Assembly (NCBI RefSeq): GCF_006345805.1
Contig: NC_042999.1
Location: 47,926,001-47,990,000 of the forward strand
Direction of reading: 5' to 3'
Length of the DNA: 64,000 nt
DNA from: Octopus sinensis
Lineage: Eukaryota
Shown: in pieces, positions 1 through 12,770 of the stretch
Position numbering within the stretch: the first letter of the stretch is position 1
Layout: each line of letters begins with the position of its first letter
Program-made: the position numbers and the translations under genes
The notes under the pieces: model-generated
What the model was told of the DNA's origin: nothing
The model's input: the letters and a program-made list of their open reading frames with translations, nothing else
Databases searched by the model: none

Positions 1-295
1 GGCCTAGCCACATCTCCTCAAGGTGTCAGAAGTGGTTGTTAAAGAATTTCTATGACCACAATAGTTCGAATTTCTAGACCTTTAATTTCTCCAAATGTAA
101 CCCCATAGATTACTACTTGTGAGACACGATTGAGGAAGACAACACACATTCACCTTCCAACGCTAAGGCCGAGCTGTTGGCAAAGATGAAGAAAGTGTTC
201 GAAGATCGTCCCGGCGGCACACTGAGGAACGCATGCACCATTTCCAGAGCTGTCCTGTGGCCGTAAAGAAAGCTGTAGGCGGCTGCTTTGAGTAA
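1..295 (+). mobile_element. Degenerate Tc1/mariner-superfamily (maT/DD37D-like) transposase C-terminal fragment
   Basis: Frameshifted translation gives PSHISSRCQKWLLKNFYD...CNPIDYYL*DTIEED...PSNAKAELLAKMKKVFED...NAC..FQSCPVAVKKAVGGCFE*. This parallels the transposase C-terminus (SPDCNPxDYxVW...TKAEL...ACxRFRxRLEAV...GGYFE). Stops and frameshifts are present. Confidence 0.75.
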
Positions 296-836
296 ACAAT
301 TTCCTCCCAGCATGAAACCCGTTGACATCATTTTGATGTTTGAAAACATTTATTTTTAGATGGAATATTTTGTTTACTTCTTTCTTTTATGAAAAATGTA
401 CTAGCTAACCCAAACACCCAGTATCAATAAGTTTATCGTTTATCTTTCAGCCTAGAATTCATTTGGCTTGCTGGCCGGATCCTATGACCAAGACCAAGCT
501 CACGTTTCCCAGAACTGCAAACTGATTTCAAATTGAACAATTTTGAAAGGAAACGACCGTTCGATTATATCACTCGCAATTGTAATTTATCGAACTTGAC
601 AATAAAAAAAAAAAAAAACAGTTCAATTCGGTGTGATTTGAACTCACAAACTAAAGCGACTCATATGCCGCTAGATACTTTGTCTCACCTGCTAAAGATG
701 ATGGCAACTCGTCGCCCTTTGTGTGTGTGAGTGTGTGTGTGTGTGCATGCATGTGTGTATGTGTGTGAGTTTCTGTGTGCGTGCGTATATGAATAGATTG
801 ATAGATAGACAGAAAGACCTGAGATAACAAAGAAAC

Positions 837-882
<46 letters not shown>
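837..882 (+). repeat. (GATA)n microsatellite
   Basis: Perfect AGAT tandem run, directly visible. Confidence 0.95.
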
Positions 883-883
<1 letters not shown>

Positions 884-1089
884 CGATCGAACAAAAAGCT
901 CGTTGGAAGAACACTAGTATCATACGGCGCTACCTTGTGTGTGACAGTAGCATTGTATACGCTTCATATTTAGATTATCTTTCATAAAGAGATCGTATTT
1001 TATTGCTGCATTTGTAAGTCATAACTTGGCCCTGCAGTAAACAACTGATGGATATTTAAATTCAAAGAATATCAGTGTTGTCCGGACGG

Positions 1090-1245
1090 TGAGATGGTAA
1101 AATCATTACAGCGCCAAAGGAAAATATTAGCAGTATTGTTATGGCCATATGTTCTGAGTTCAAATGTCATGAGGTCGACTTTACTGTACATCTTGGAATC
1201 GATAAATAAATGACAGTTCAGCACTGTGGTCTATATAATCGACTA
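1090..1245 (+). mobile_element. Diverged copy of tRNA-derived SINE family A
   Basis: gttctgagttcaaat...gaggtcgacttt...gataaa...cagttcagcactg..tc..ataatcgact aligns by eye to the copies at 1551-2200. Confidence 0.7.
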
Positions 1246-1550
1246 GGTACTTCACAAAAATTGTAGGCCCAAGGCCTACAATTTTAAATATATTTTAATG
1301 TGGAGAGGCGGTGATTGACAAAAGCTTCGGTGGATCGGTCGTAGAATGATTATGCTACAAGCAATTCTGTCGTTGTCGTGCAAATGTGTACAAGAGAGGC
1401 AGTGCGTCGATCAGAACGGGTTTCTCTACGTGTATACAATACAGAAGAATACACCCAGGAAAATGTAAGCTAGAATCCTATGTGCAACCATCGATAATAT
1501 CCGCGATATTTGAAACCGGTTTTTACGCGCTATTGTTTATAGTGATTCTA

Positions 1551-2200
1551 AAAGGTGGCGAGCTGGCAGAAACGTTAGCACGCCGGGCGAAATGCATAGC
1601 CGTATTTCGTCTGCCGTTACGTTCAGAGTTCAAATTCCGCCGAGGTCGACTTTGTCTTTCATCCTTTCGGGATCGATAAATTAAGGACCTGTTACGCACT
1701 GGGGTCGATGCAATCGACTTAATCCGTGTGTCTGTCCTTGTTTGTCCTCTCTGTGTTTAGACCCTTGTGGGTAATACAGAAACAGGTATCTCGACTGTCT
1801 TTATGAAAGGCGGCGAGCTGGCAGAAACGTTAGCACGCAGGGCGAAATGTTCAGCAGTATTTCGTCTGTCGCTACGTTCTTAGTTCAAATTCCGCCGTGG
1901 TCGACTTTGCCTTTCATCCTTTCGGGGTCGATAAATTAAGTACCAGTTACGCACTGGGATCGATATAGTCGCCTTAATCCTTTTGTCTCTCCTTGTTTGT
2001 CCTCTCTGTGTTTAGCCCCTTGTGGGTAATAAAAAATAGGTATTTTGTGCGACTTTAAGTTCTGAATTCAAATTCCTCCGACGTTGACTTTGCCTTTCAT
2101 CTTTTCGGGATCGATGAAATAAGTACCAGTTCGCAAGTGGGGCTGAGAGTGGTCGATGTAATCGACCTAAACACTTTCTCCAAATTTCAGACCATTTGGC
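1551..2200 (+). mobile_element. Tandem trimer of SINE family A (tRNA head + Meta-domain-like core; resembles octopus OR-type SINEs)
   Basis: Two near-full copies start aaaggYggcgagctggcagaaacgttagc (1551, 1806), followed by a headless third unit (~2037). They carry a B-box-like gagttcaaattcc and the core tttgcctttcatcctttcggggtcgataaattaagtaccagt. The family name is from memory. Confidence 0.85.
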
Positions 2201-2314
2201 TAAAGTAGAAAGAATTATTTATAGTGACCCTACTTCAAGTTTAGCCGTTAAAACGAATTATAACATGTGGGTGTGTGTGCGTGTTTGTTTACTCACACAT
2301 TTATGTGTCTAGGT

Positions 2315-2544
2315 TCATAAATGTATTGAAGATGCTTCACTAGATGTGCAGGAAACAGTAGTGAATGAAATATATGTGTCGACAATCGTTTTTATCAGGC
2401 CCATGTTGATTTGGTAAGGAATGGCGCTCCGTAAAGAGACTGAATAAAAATTTGATTTTGGAGTGGGTATATGTGAAAACTGACCGTCGTGAACTGTATG
2501 ATGTCGTCTAAATGTAAATCCCATGCATTTTGTGTCATGTGTAT

Positions 2545-2632
<88 letters not shown>

Positions 2633-3250
2633 CATGTATATATATATGTATAGGTATATTTATATTTATGCATGCTTTTCTATTAGTGGTTACATCCCGA
2701 TGGGAATATCTGGAACCATATCACATTTTGAAATAGAATTTATATTTTATTTGCGTCGATGTATGGAGGGTATGTTTTTGTGTGTGAGATGTCGTGTGGT
2801 AGAGTATGGCTACTTTCTGTATTCTGTTTTATTTACTTATTTGATGTTTTTTTTTAATAAAAAAATTATTTTCTTTCATTAGAAAACCGTTATTCCCGTG
2901 TTGTGTTCGCGGATATATGCGTTTGATGGCGCTAGCAATGAAGTATAGATAATTAAGTGCTTATTTTTTTGTTTTAGAAAAACCAACAATTATATGATAT
3001 AGAATAATTTTCATTTTTGAGCGAGTGGGGTATTGTGTGAAACAGTGTGAGGTGATAGAAATTGAAGTAGCATGAACATTTATTTGTGAAAATGAAATCC
3101 ATTGGTGCATAAAAATTCCTTTCCATAGTTATTATCGCAGCGGTCTTCAAGGCGAAGATTTTCTTCAGGATTGAGACAGTGACAAATGTCGTGTGTTAGG
3201 AACTGGAAGTTCTGGCACAAATTAATTTGCCTACACAAGAGTGTGTGAAA
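2315..3250 (-). mobile_element. Highly decayed Penelope-like element remnant (RT thumb to GIY-YIG linker), interrupted by an (ATT)n(TA)n tract
   Basis: Minus-strand peptide IPYQINMGLIKTIVDTYISFTTVSCTSS resembles the segment just before the PLE GIY-YIG motif. HHLTLFHTIPHSLKNENY/SAIKRIYP-like stretches at ~2930-3060 resemble the PLE RT thumb. There are many stops. Confidence 0.5.
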
Positions 3251-3414
3251 GAAGCTGCATATACTTTATGAATTGTAGAAGTGGGAATCACATGATAAGT
3301 GTGTATCTATTAAGGAATTAACCCAGTGTAATGAGATTGTTTTTTAGCGCAATCGTCATTCATATTCAGGCCTGGAGCGTAGAGATGACTTATATGGAGA
3401 GCTTAGAGGCATTC

Positions 3415-3459
<45 letters not shown>

Positions 3460-3545
3460 ATGTATGTATGTGTATATATATATATATGTATGTATGTGTA
3501 TATATATATATATTATGTATGTGTATATATATATATGTATGTATG

Positions 3546-3617
<72 letters not shown>

Positions 3618-4196
3618 AGAATGAATGTTTTTATATATAATGAACGTGAAATACAGGAAGGGACGAACACAGAACACAGACAAATCATTCGAAGCCTTCA
3701 ATCTTCAGTCAGACACCGAATCATCATAGCAAATTTCGGCTGTTCAATTCTGATATTTGCTCCAACTCGGCCAGCCCCAAGAAAAAAACTAAGCTGTAAG
3801 CATTAGATTTCTTGGTAGAAGACAGGAATGTGAACGCACAAGACGGATGTGAATACAAGAGACGAAAACGAAAGTGAAAACAGTAATGAATAAACAAAAT
3901 ATATATAACGGTGGTTGTCATACGACTTTAGACCAAATGAGACAAAAACAACAACAACAACATAGCTGGCGTAGAAATAATTACCGTTTCGGTAGCGGGG
4001 ACACATGTTGGTCGAGATACGAAGGCCAACAGAATGGTTTAAGAAGCAGCAGGTCGCAGGAGAGAGATAAAGAGAGACAGAGAGAGAGGGATATATATAT
4101 ATTATATATACATGTATGTATATAAGTATATATTTATGTGTACGTCTGTTTTTGTGTTTGTGTGTATGCGTATACATAGGGAAGCATTTATATGTG

Positions 4197-4229
<33 letters not shown>

Positions 4230-4230
4230 C

Positions 4231-4266
<36 letters not shown>

Positions 4267-4590
4267 TACATACATGCATACATATACACATATATGCGCA
4301 TACAAACACCACAGATAAACTTATAAACCGTAAAATAATAGGTATTTGTAATCTGGGCAAGTACTTTACTAGTATTCTGAAATAACCAAGCTTCTGGCTA
4401 CGTTTATCGAATGAAAGAATACACAAACTTGCGTAAAGTAAATATTTACATAACACACCCTTAGAACTTGTTTATCGCAGCATCATGCACTGTATATTGA
4501 CTTTATATTTCTGTCCAACTTAAAGGTTTTTAGAGTAACATCGTATTAAAGAAATTTTGTGTATGTATTTCTATCAATTCTTTCGCATTA

Positions 4591-4629
<39 letters not shown>

Positions 4630-4799
4630 AATTGAGATAGCGGTTGTAAATGCAACCCTCCATGGGATAACATATAACCAATATATTGCTAGTGAAGTAC
4701 CCAACAAAGTTAATACATAAATGTTCAGAATTGCGATGTAATTAATTCATTTACTGTATTATATGGGCAAAAGTAAAATGTTTTACCACAAATTCATAA

Positions 4800-4983
4800 T
4801 ACAAAATAAGAAAATGGAGAAATACATCTACTCAAATATCAATTACCAGATAATACCCAATCACATACTTTATTAAACCACCACATAAGAATCTTTATGT
4901 GGTGGTTTAATAAAGTATGTGATTGGGTATTATCTGGTAATTGATATTGAGTTAGATGTATTTCTCCATTTTCTTATTTTGTA
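4800..4983. repeat. ~90 bp-arm fold-back (hairpin) with 6-nt loop GAATCT
   Basis: tacaaaataagaaaatggagaaatac...ccacataa-gaatct-ttatgtgg...gtatttctccattttcttattttgta. The arms are reverse complements apart from one small indel shift. Confidence 0.95.
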
Positions 4984-5113
4984 TATATATATATATATAT
5001 ACACATACATATATATATATATACATACATATATATATATACATACATATATATATAATACATATACATATATATATGCATATATATTTATATATGTGTG
5101 TGCATTATCCCTC

Positions 5114-5175
<62 letters not shown>

Positions 5176-5178
<3 letters not shown>

Positions 5179-5560
5179 CGTAAATCCTCGAGTATATTAC
5201 AATCTTGAGTATAATACGGAGGGGTTTTTAGGGGGCTGTACCTCTGAAAAACCTAAACCTTGTGTATAATAGGCAACCTCTCTCTAACGTGAGTCAAGGA
5301 GGTCTATATAAAGTCCTTGGTTTGTAAAAATGCATATGGTAACGTCCTTTATTACTATAGTATATATAACATAACGCAAACGTGTAGCGTTTTTGTGCAT
5401 TTTGTTTGCAGAAAATAAATAAATAACAGTAATAATAGTAATAACGTTTAATAAATGTTGCTTACTGCATGTTATGAATGATTCTTTTATAACGTCATAG
5501 TTTTCAGGCTTAGCTTAAGGTATTTTCGCGCCCGTGAAAAATGAAAGGTGTAGTATTGTG
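5176..5560 (+). mobile_element. One end of a pogo/Tc2-like DNA transposon or MITE inserted at TA
   Basis: Begins TA-CCGTAAATCCTCGAGTATA directly after a (TA)n tract, a TIR style typical of pogo/Tc2 elements. The partner TIR was not found, and the internal end coordinate is approximate. Confidence 0.4.
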
Positions 5561-8050
5561 CATGTATTTCGTCGTATGTTAGATGGGGTAGAATCTGTCT
5601 CACATTTGGGGTACATAAGCTGGAAATTTCCCATTATTATATAAGTAGACGCACACGCGTCCGTTCAATGTAATTTGGGTTCATATTATGCAAGGATACC
5701 AACATCGCAGCTTTAAATTTTCTAAATGCTTCGAGGTATTTTCTCCCATCATGCCTCATATTATATCGATCTATATATATTGGAATCAGCATATATATAT
5801 TTCGAAATTCAAGAAACGAATATATATAGTGAGTCATTACATTCAAGTGTTAGTAAATCACAGCTACGATTTTTCCGGTTTCCTATATGACAAGCATTCA
5901 TGATGCTGGACGCAAGGGGAGACAATGCAGCAAATGTTCGCGCATATACCGAACATTCGTACATGCGCATGTACATATATCATACTTGAACTACTGCAAT
6001 ATGCATTGAAGTATTCATTATATAAATGAGAATGAGTGTATGTGCATGTGCTTGCGACCAAAACGCTCCGAAACAGTGGCTCTCGGAGGAAAACGGATTT
6101 TATGTACAAACTCTGCGTCCCAAGGACGTTTTGGGTTATTATTACACAAAAATATAATTTGCTACAAGAAATAATCGCCTTCCAGACCACCAACATTTAC
6201 AGTCTTTAGAAAGAGCCGTACTAAACACATGATTACCAGAATGTCTACGCTTGTATTTGTCAGTCTGTGTGTCATATCTTATAATTGTCTCGCTCTATTT
6301 GTCTATATGTCTATAACTACCTTCTATGCTTTCCATCGATCTTTACCACACACTATTTCACTTTTTCTCTCTGTATGTGTATATTTCTCAGATATGCTGC
6401 TTCCGCTCTTTCTCTCTCTCCCTCTCTCCCTCTCTCTCTCTCCCTCTCTCTCCCTTGACACGTTATACAAGACTGCCACAGGAAACGAGCACGTCTGTCC
6501 ATGTACTTCTCTCTTTCTGTCTATTCGTCTCTTTCTGTCTTTTATGCTTTTCTCATTGTAATTTTCACCTTTCTCTATATGTTTAACATATTCTCACTTT
6601 TTATCTGTATGTGTATACCTCTCACGCTGAATGTATGTGTATGTTCTTATATGAGTGAGTTTGTGTGTATGCCTCTGTGTACGGAATTGTGGTAGGGCCA
6701 AAAGAACATGAGCAGCGAGTTCAAGAGACGCCCGAAAGTGAAAGGAATAGACTTCACCATAATGAAAATATGACCCTCTGTCGGACGGTCTTATTTCAAT
6801 CCAAATGACTTCAACATATATTGAGCTTTGCTTTTGCCATAACCTTCTACAAATCCGAATGGCACGCATTTCCAGTTGTCGGCTAGCACCCTGGATGCTC
6901 AAGTGAAGGAAGTAATAAAAATCGTTACAGCCATGCACCAAGTGGAAAAACAAAATCTTCGTTTATAAAGAGCCTCAATAATGTAGAGATCTGTCTCGAT
7001 CAAATGGTCAATCAGTCGGGGAAGACATAGTCTGACAAAGAAAAAAGAAACTGAAATAAAGGCATTCTATTGCAAAAATTGTTTGGCAACGACGGGTTAT
7101 TCGACTTGTATTTTATAATACAAACATTATCTGACAAAGTACTTATTACGTGGGATAGGGTGGATAATTATGTTTATTATATCAACATTGTTATTTTGTA
7201 CTGAATTTCGTCTCAGCATGTGCTACTTAAAACTTCGGGGTGGATAAAAGCTTTGCAGCTTATAAAAGGCAAGTCGTTAGAAAACACTGGCTAGGGGCTG
7301 TAATATATGCTTTAAAATAATACTTTATAGAAAGAAGTATTATATAGGAAATTTATGTATTTGTATAATATATTTGGGACATTGCCATCATGTTTTCTAT
7401 TGCCAAGAAATATCTTAAGAATCAAGTGAATATTTTAGAGGAAATTTTCACTCTAGGGATTTAAATTTCTTCATTGTTCACTTAACAAATTGCTCGTTGA
7501 TACTTACATCCAGTGCCAAGTTGTCCCTATAAACTTTTGTTATCCCCTATGTAGTTTTGAACTTTCCTTTTCATTCATATAACTCCACTTTTTAAATGAA
7601 CGAACTGGTGTGTTTTTTTCCAAAATAATATCAACGTGAGTTTCTTTGCCTTTTGTGTCAGTAAGGCACTCTGCAAAAAACTGAAGCAAAATTGAAAGAA
7701 GAAAAAAACCCAGGATTATAATGAGAGATATAATATATTGGGTGCATGTGTACTCGTAATACTAGAAAATACTTGTACACAATCCAATGCAATGACAACA
7801 AGAATCTCTGTAGAATAAAGTAAGCTACATGAGCTGACAATATTCTGTGCGTCGATATATGTTCCACATTATTTACTTTTAGAAAGTGGTTAAGAATATG
7901 GCACAAGAGATAGGCATCATCTATGAAAACTTCTCAATCACTCGATGGTTTAAACACTGCACCTAATTCCGATGCGTTTATTAGCATACTCGCACACACA
8001 CGTGACGTTTGGGTATAAACATAAATACACGCTCACTAATAATATATATG

Positions 8051-8196
<146 letters not shown>

Positions 8197-8784
8197 ATCC
8201 TATAATGTTATTTATGTACGTACCTGTGTATATTTAATTTTATTATATTATATTATATATAAAAAAAGCTAGTTGGGTACATATATGAACTCTGAAATTA
8301 TCAAGTTAATCCATGTGTTGTTCGGCTAAGAATAACTACAATATTAACACATATCACCGCGTTTGGAAAAGACTGCCAAAGAGGTAATTAAGCGCTCAAT
8401 CGATTATGCTCGAGAACTAGTTTGATAAATATTTCTTACGTAATAAAATCAAAGCGTTTTCCACAATGTCAGGGTTACAAAAATTAGTTCATGGGACATA
8501 TCCTTTTCTGAAGCTTGCTTCCTTTGATTTCATCTTTAACAAACATATTCCATGCAGTTCCTCTCTTCCATACAGCAGGTCAGCTCAACCTTTCTAACGA
8601 TTTTTTCGTGAATGCTTTCATTATTTTATATACATATAACCTCAACGTGTTCTCTTCAAAAATCAAACACATTCACTTATGCCACAAATGAATATGAAAC
8701 TACAGATCTTGCCTATTTTTCACCACTGCCAAACCCAGAGAAGCGTTCAACACATTCTCACACAATCTTTCTTTTTATATAACT

Positions 8785-9000
8785 CAGCGGTTAGGGCACT
8801 TAGCTCGCATGATTGTGGTTTCGATTCTTTGAGCGGAAAGGAAGGTATGATCTTGAGGAATGCACTTCATTTCATGTTGCTCTTGCCTTCTCATTTCTGA
8901 ACGAGTAACTCTGCAACGGACTGGCGTTGTGTTCAGCCGGTTATTGTGATCTGGTTCACTTATGCTCCATGGGAACTGATTCACCTTCTCCATAATTATT
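8785..9000 (+). mobile_element. Diverged tRNA-derived SINE (family D) with V-domain-like segment
   Basis: gcggttagggcact...ggtttcgattc head; cttgagg...cacttcatttcatgttgctc shared with 11335-11628; aactctgcaacggactggcgt resembles the V-SINE central domain. Confidence 0.55.
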
Positions 9001-9098
9001 AAGATTCGAGAGATAACACAATTCTCTCTATAAAATTTTCCAAGAGAAATGATATCAAATGTGCATGTCCATCTTTAAAAAAAGTGTGTAACTAATAT

Positions 9099-9497
9099 AG
9101 ACGCAGAAGTGGCTATGTGGTAAGTAGCTTGCTTACCAACCACATGGTTCCGGGTTCAGTCCCACTGCGTGGCACATTGGGTGAGTGTCTTCTACTATAG
9201 CCTCGGGCCAACCAAAGCCTTGTGAGTGGATTTGGTAGACGGAAACTGAAAGAAGCCGTCAAGTATATGTATATATGTAAATGTGTATATGTTTGTGTTT
9301 TTGTGTTTGTCACCCCAACATCGCTGACAACCGATTTCGGTGTGTTTACGTCTCCGCAACTTAGAGGTTCGGCAAAAGTTTCCGATAGAATGAGTACTAG
9401 GCTTACAAAGAATATGTCCTGGGGTCGATTTGCTCGACTTATGGCGGTGCTACACCATGGCCACAGTCAAAGACTGAAACAAGTAAAAGAGTAAAAC
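9099..9497 (+). mobile_element. tRNA-derived SINE family B, near full length
   Basis: gtggctatgtggtaagtagcttgc...ggttcagtccc head, internal TA/TG microsatellite, and 3' ...ggcggtgctacaccatggccacagtcaaagactgaaacaagtaaaagag. Matches the inverted copy at 14041-14472. Confidence 0.9.
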
Positions 9498-9620
9498 AAT
9501 ATATTTAATGCTATACAGTCGACGAATATTCCAACGCTTTAATATTATAATAGAAGTGATTACGCAGGAATTGATAATCTACGAAAATACGCGAATTTGA
9601 TTGTTCTTGCAGTTTGTATG

Positions 9621-9654
<34 letters not shown>

Positions 9655-9656
9655 CA

Positions 9657-10665
9657 CAGGGGCTGGACAAAATAATGGAAACACCTTAAAATCACAAACA
9701 AATTTATTTTCATATAGGGCAGGACCGCCTTTGGCAGTAACTACACCTTGGATTCTACGAGGTATGGACTCGTACAAAGTTTGAATTGTTTCCGAAGGAA
9801 TTTTTGACCATTCTACAGATGGTGGGGGATATCGACTCCTTACTTATTTTTCTAAAATGCACCGTAAATGTTCAATAATATTGAGATCTGAGGACTGTGG
9901 TGGCCAGATAAGATGTTCAACTTCACTTGAATGTTCTTAATGCCATTCAGTAACAACTTCGTGCGAATTGGTGCATTATCACTCTGAAAATTTGCGTTTC
10001 CCTCCGGAAACAGTTCCGCAAATATAGGATGAATTTTATCAGATAAAATGCTTAAACAGTCTTGACAATTAATTCTGCCATGAAGGGAAACAATTGGACC
10101 AGCAGATTTCCAAGTTATAGAACCCCCAGATCACCACAGATCCACCTCCATGTTTAACAGTTAGAAGAAGGCAGTCTGGGTCAAATGCTTCTTTTTGATT
10201 TCTTCATACGTATACTCGGCCGGTAGTCGAAAATAAGTTAAAGGATGTCACGTAGGACAAAATAACATTATTCCTTTTCTCTAGGGACCAATTCTGTTGA
10301 GTGCAGGTTTTTACTCCACTCAAAATGCTTTGTAACGTTTTATTTTTGAAAGAAGTGGTTTTCTGATTGGAACCCTCCCGTGAAACCTGGCTTTGCGCAG
10401 CACCCAGCGAAAGTTTTTGTGAAATCTGGGTTCTCCAGGTAGTCATTAAGCTCTGCAGAAATTTTGTGATCCTTTCCAAAGTCTGTCATTATTTTCGAGA
10501 CAGTCTCTCAAAGTCTGTCATTATTTTCGAGACAGTCTCTCAAAGTCTGTCATTATTTTCGAGACAGTACTTCTTGATACACCAAACATTTTGGCTGTTT
10601 TCGTTACGCTAGCGCCTACCATACGAGCACCAACAATTTGACCTCTTTGAAAGTCCGATGAAAAT
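9657..10665 (-). mobile_element. Tc1-family DNA transposon, internally deleted pseudogene; one TIR at 9657
   Basis: Minus-strand peptides: SDFQRGQIVGARMVGASVTKTAKMFGVSRSTVSKIMT (N-terminal HTH), FQSDNAPIR, WPPQSSDLNIIEHL, and YESIPRRIQGVVTAKGGPALY (C-terminus). TIR-like cagggctggacaaaataatggaaacacc next to a TA/CA tract. Confidence 0.9.
10478..10568 (+). repeat. 32-bp unit tandem triplication inside Tc1 fossil
   Basis: aaagtctgtcattattttcgagacagtctctc repeated at 10478, 10510 and 10542 (third copy partial). Confidence 0.95.
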
Positions 10666-11334
10666 AATGATCAAGCGGAGGAAATAATAGAAAACCTTAA
10701 TATATACAATATTTAGTTAGAGGTTTTAAATGGTGAGTGGAAACCGCTACAAATTTTAATGATATTTGTTCAGACATAATTATAAAAATATACGTTATGC
10801 ATAATAAGCAGATTTAATCGGCGAAACTTCAAAACGTTTTCCTAATATGCTTTGTGTTGGAATTTTATATTCCTCATATTTTATACTTTGGTGATATTCA
10901 TAAAAGAAACTTCAGAATGAACGCAAAACACATGTGAAATTCATTTACTGATGTTTATGTTTTTCTTCTGTACTAAGGGTTGCTAAATGAAACAATTACA
11001 ACCATGTTATTGACAGTTGATCCTTTATCTCAACAAATTTGGTGCCGTCACTCGCGTAAATGATTATGATAGAAATGTTGAGTCGGGCACGAGGCAGTTA
11101 TATTAAATTCAAGCAAAGCGTTATTTCAGGAAGTATGCTCCAAGAGGTTCACAAAAGATGGCTACACTGATATTCAGGATATATATGGTCACCAGCTATT
11201 GAATCTATGTCACACAATTTTGCACAGTGAACTACATTTCGGTTTTATTTATATCTTAATACGTTATTATCTCATTCATAAATCCCATTCATTGTAAGCG
11301 GTCTTACACCCCCCCCCCCACACACACACACCGT

Positions 11335-11628
11335 GTAATCCCGGTCGAACACGGTGTCTGAGTGTTCAGCTCTTTGCTGAACGATCTGCACGAATGATTT
11401 GTTTATAATTATCAAATGTTTGTGTCACACATTAACTCATTCTCTCCAACATATCGACGTTTTCGAAGCGGAAGCACGATGTGCCACGCGTTATGTCTAA
11501 GTAATCGCAGAGCAACATGAGATGAAGGGTTTTGCTCAAAAACAAAACGCACCACCCGGTCTATGAATTGAAATCACGATCACGCAATCGTGAGTGCAAC
11601 ATCCTAACTACTAGGCCATTTGCCATTT
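11335..11628 (-). mobile_element. tRNA-derived SINE family D
   Basis: Reverse complement starts tggcctagtagttaggatgttgcactcacg...gatttcaattc (A/B-box-like), then ttgagcaaaacccttcatctcatgttgctctg. Confidence 0.7.
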
Positions 11629-11734
11629 GCCATTTGTATATCTATCTATCTCTATCTACCCATTTATCTATCTATCTCGATCTATGCATCTATATCTACA
11701 CACACACACACACGCAAACACACACACACACACA

Positions 11735-11765
<31 letters not shown>

Positions 11766-12140
11766 TATATGTATATTGCGTAGAGTTGTTTTAATTTTAC
11801 ATATACGTTTTGAAAATAACAATTTTAGAAAACCTTATACAAGATGTAACTTTATAATTTTATTATGTATTTTTTGCAATTGACTTTTATTCCTGTTGGT
11901 TTTCATAATATATAGCTCATGAGATCCATTCCATTTCATTCACGGGTTTTTAAAATGATTTTCTTTAACTAAACAGTTTGAATCTTCGAATACTGGTAGA
12001 ATTTTTCACGTAGAACACGGTTTACTCAGAACGTTTTTGACAAAAAAAATTATTTTAGAAGCTATTTCGTGTTAAAGTTGTCATATTTGGGTAATTTCAA
12101 CCAATCAATGACGTATATTAGATTGAAGAAATCTACAACT

Positions 12141-12770
12141 GTTTGCGATAGTAATCGAAGAGAAACAACTTCTGGGTAATCTCAACTAATATCACCACTG
12201 CGTTCGCAGAATGAACACCACAGCAGAATCAACATAAAAAGGAAGACATTTTATTTACATATATTTATACGTTTGCCCAATATCGGTGTTTTATACAAGC
12301 ATATAGCGCACCGGTGTTACAAGAAAACAACTCTAGAAGAACGAGTCCGCAGCTAGCTTTTTTGTTGTTGACGTGTATGTAGTTTCAAAATGCCTTATTT
12401 TACAACTATGATATGTATTGTTATTGTACTGATTTTATCTTAAAATAATCATCAACAAACAAATTTCATCAATATAAAGGTCTTTATTAGATTAAAAATG
12501 ACACTATCAAAACACGGAAGTAAAACAAAACAAATAGCGGCTTATATACCGGAAAGTATGGTAATTGTAGTAGCAGTGACGAGTTCGCTCGTTGGTTGCT
12601 AGTTGATAGTGTAGAAGGAAGGGAAATGGTAAGAAATGCACGGTGCTGATTAGAAAGGAAGAAAGGATGAAAGTCGTATCGCCTTTGCTCGAATAGAACA
12701 GGGTGGTGACATTTAGTAGAGATGACCCGGAACTTGTACCACTTCGATTACTATCGCAAAAAACAGTGTC
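12141..12770. other. Segment bounded by a 19-bp perfect inverted repeat, containing ETS-like and TATA-like motifs
   Basis: tttgcgatagtaatcgaag (12142-12160) and its reverse complement cttcgattactatcgcaaa (12742-12760). Internal acggaagt, ccggaaagt and (minus strand) TATATAAG near 12510-12560. Confidence 0.4.

Noticed and set aside
3680-3715. Minus-strand CTGAAGA...GAAG/CTTC...GAAT
   Set aside because: No convincing stem I or cleavage triplet. The surrounding 3650-4075 may be a repeat, but I cannot support a class from this window.
7658-7906. 82-aa hydrophobic minus-strand ORF
   Set aside because: AT-rich codon bias explains the composition, and there are no motifs or splice context.
10478-10568. 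CRISPR-like 32-bp repeats
   Set aside because: The units are contiguous with no spacers, lie inside a Tc1 ORF, and the context is eukaryotic with no cas genes.
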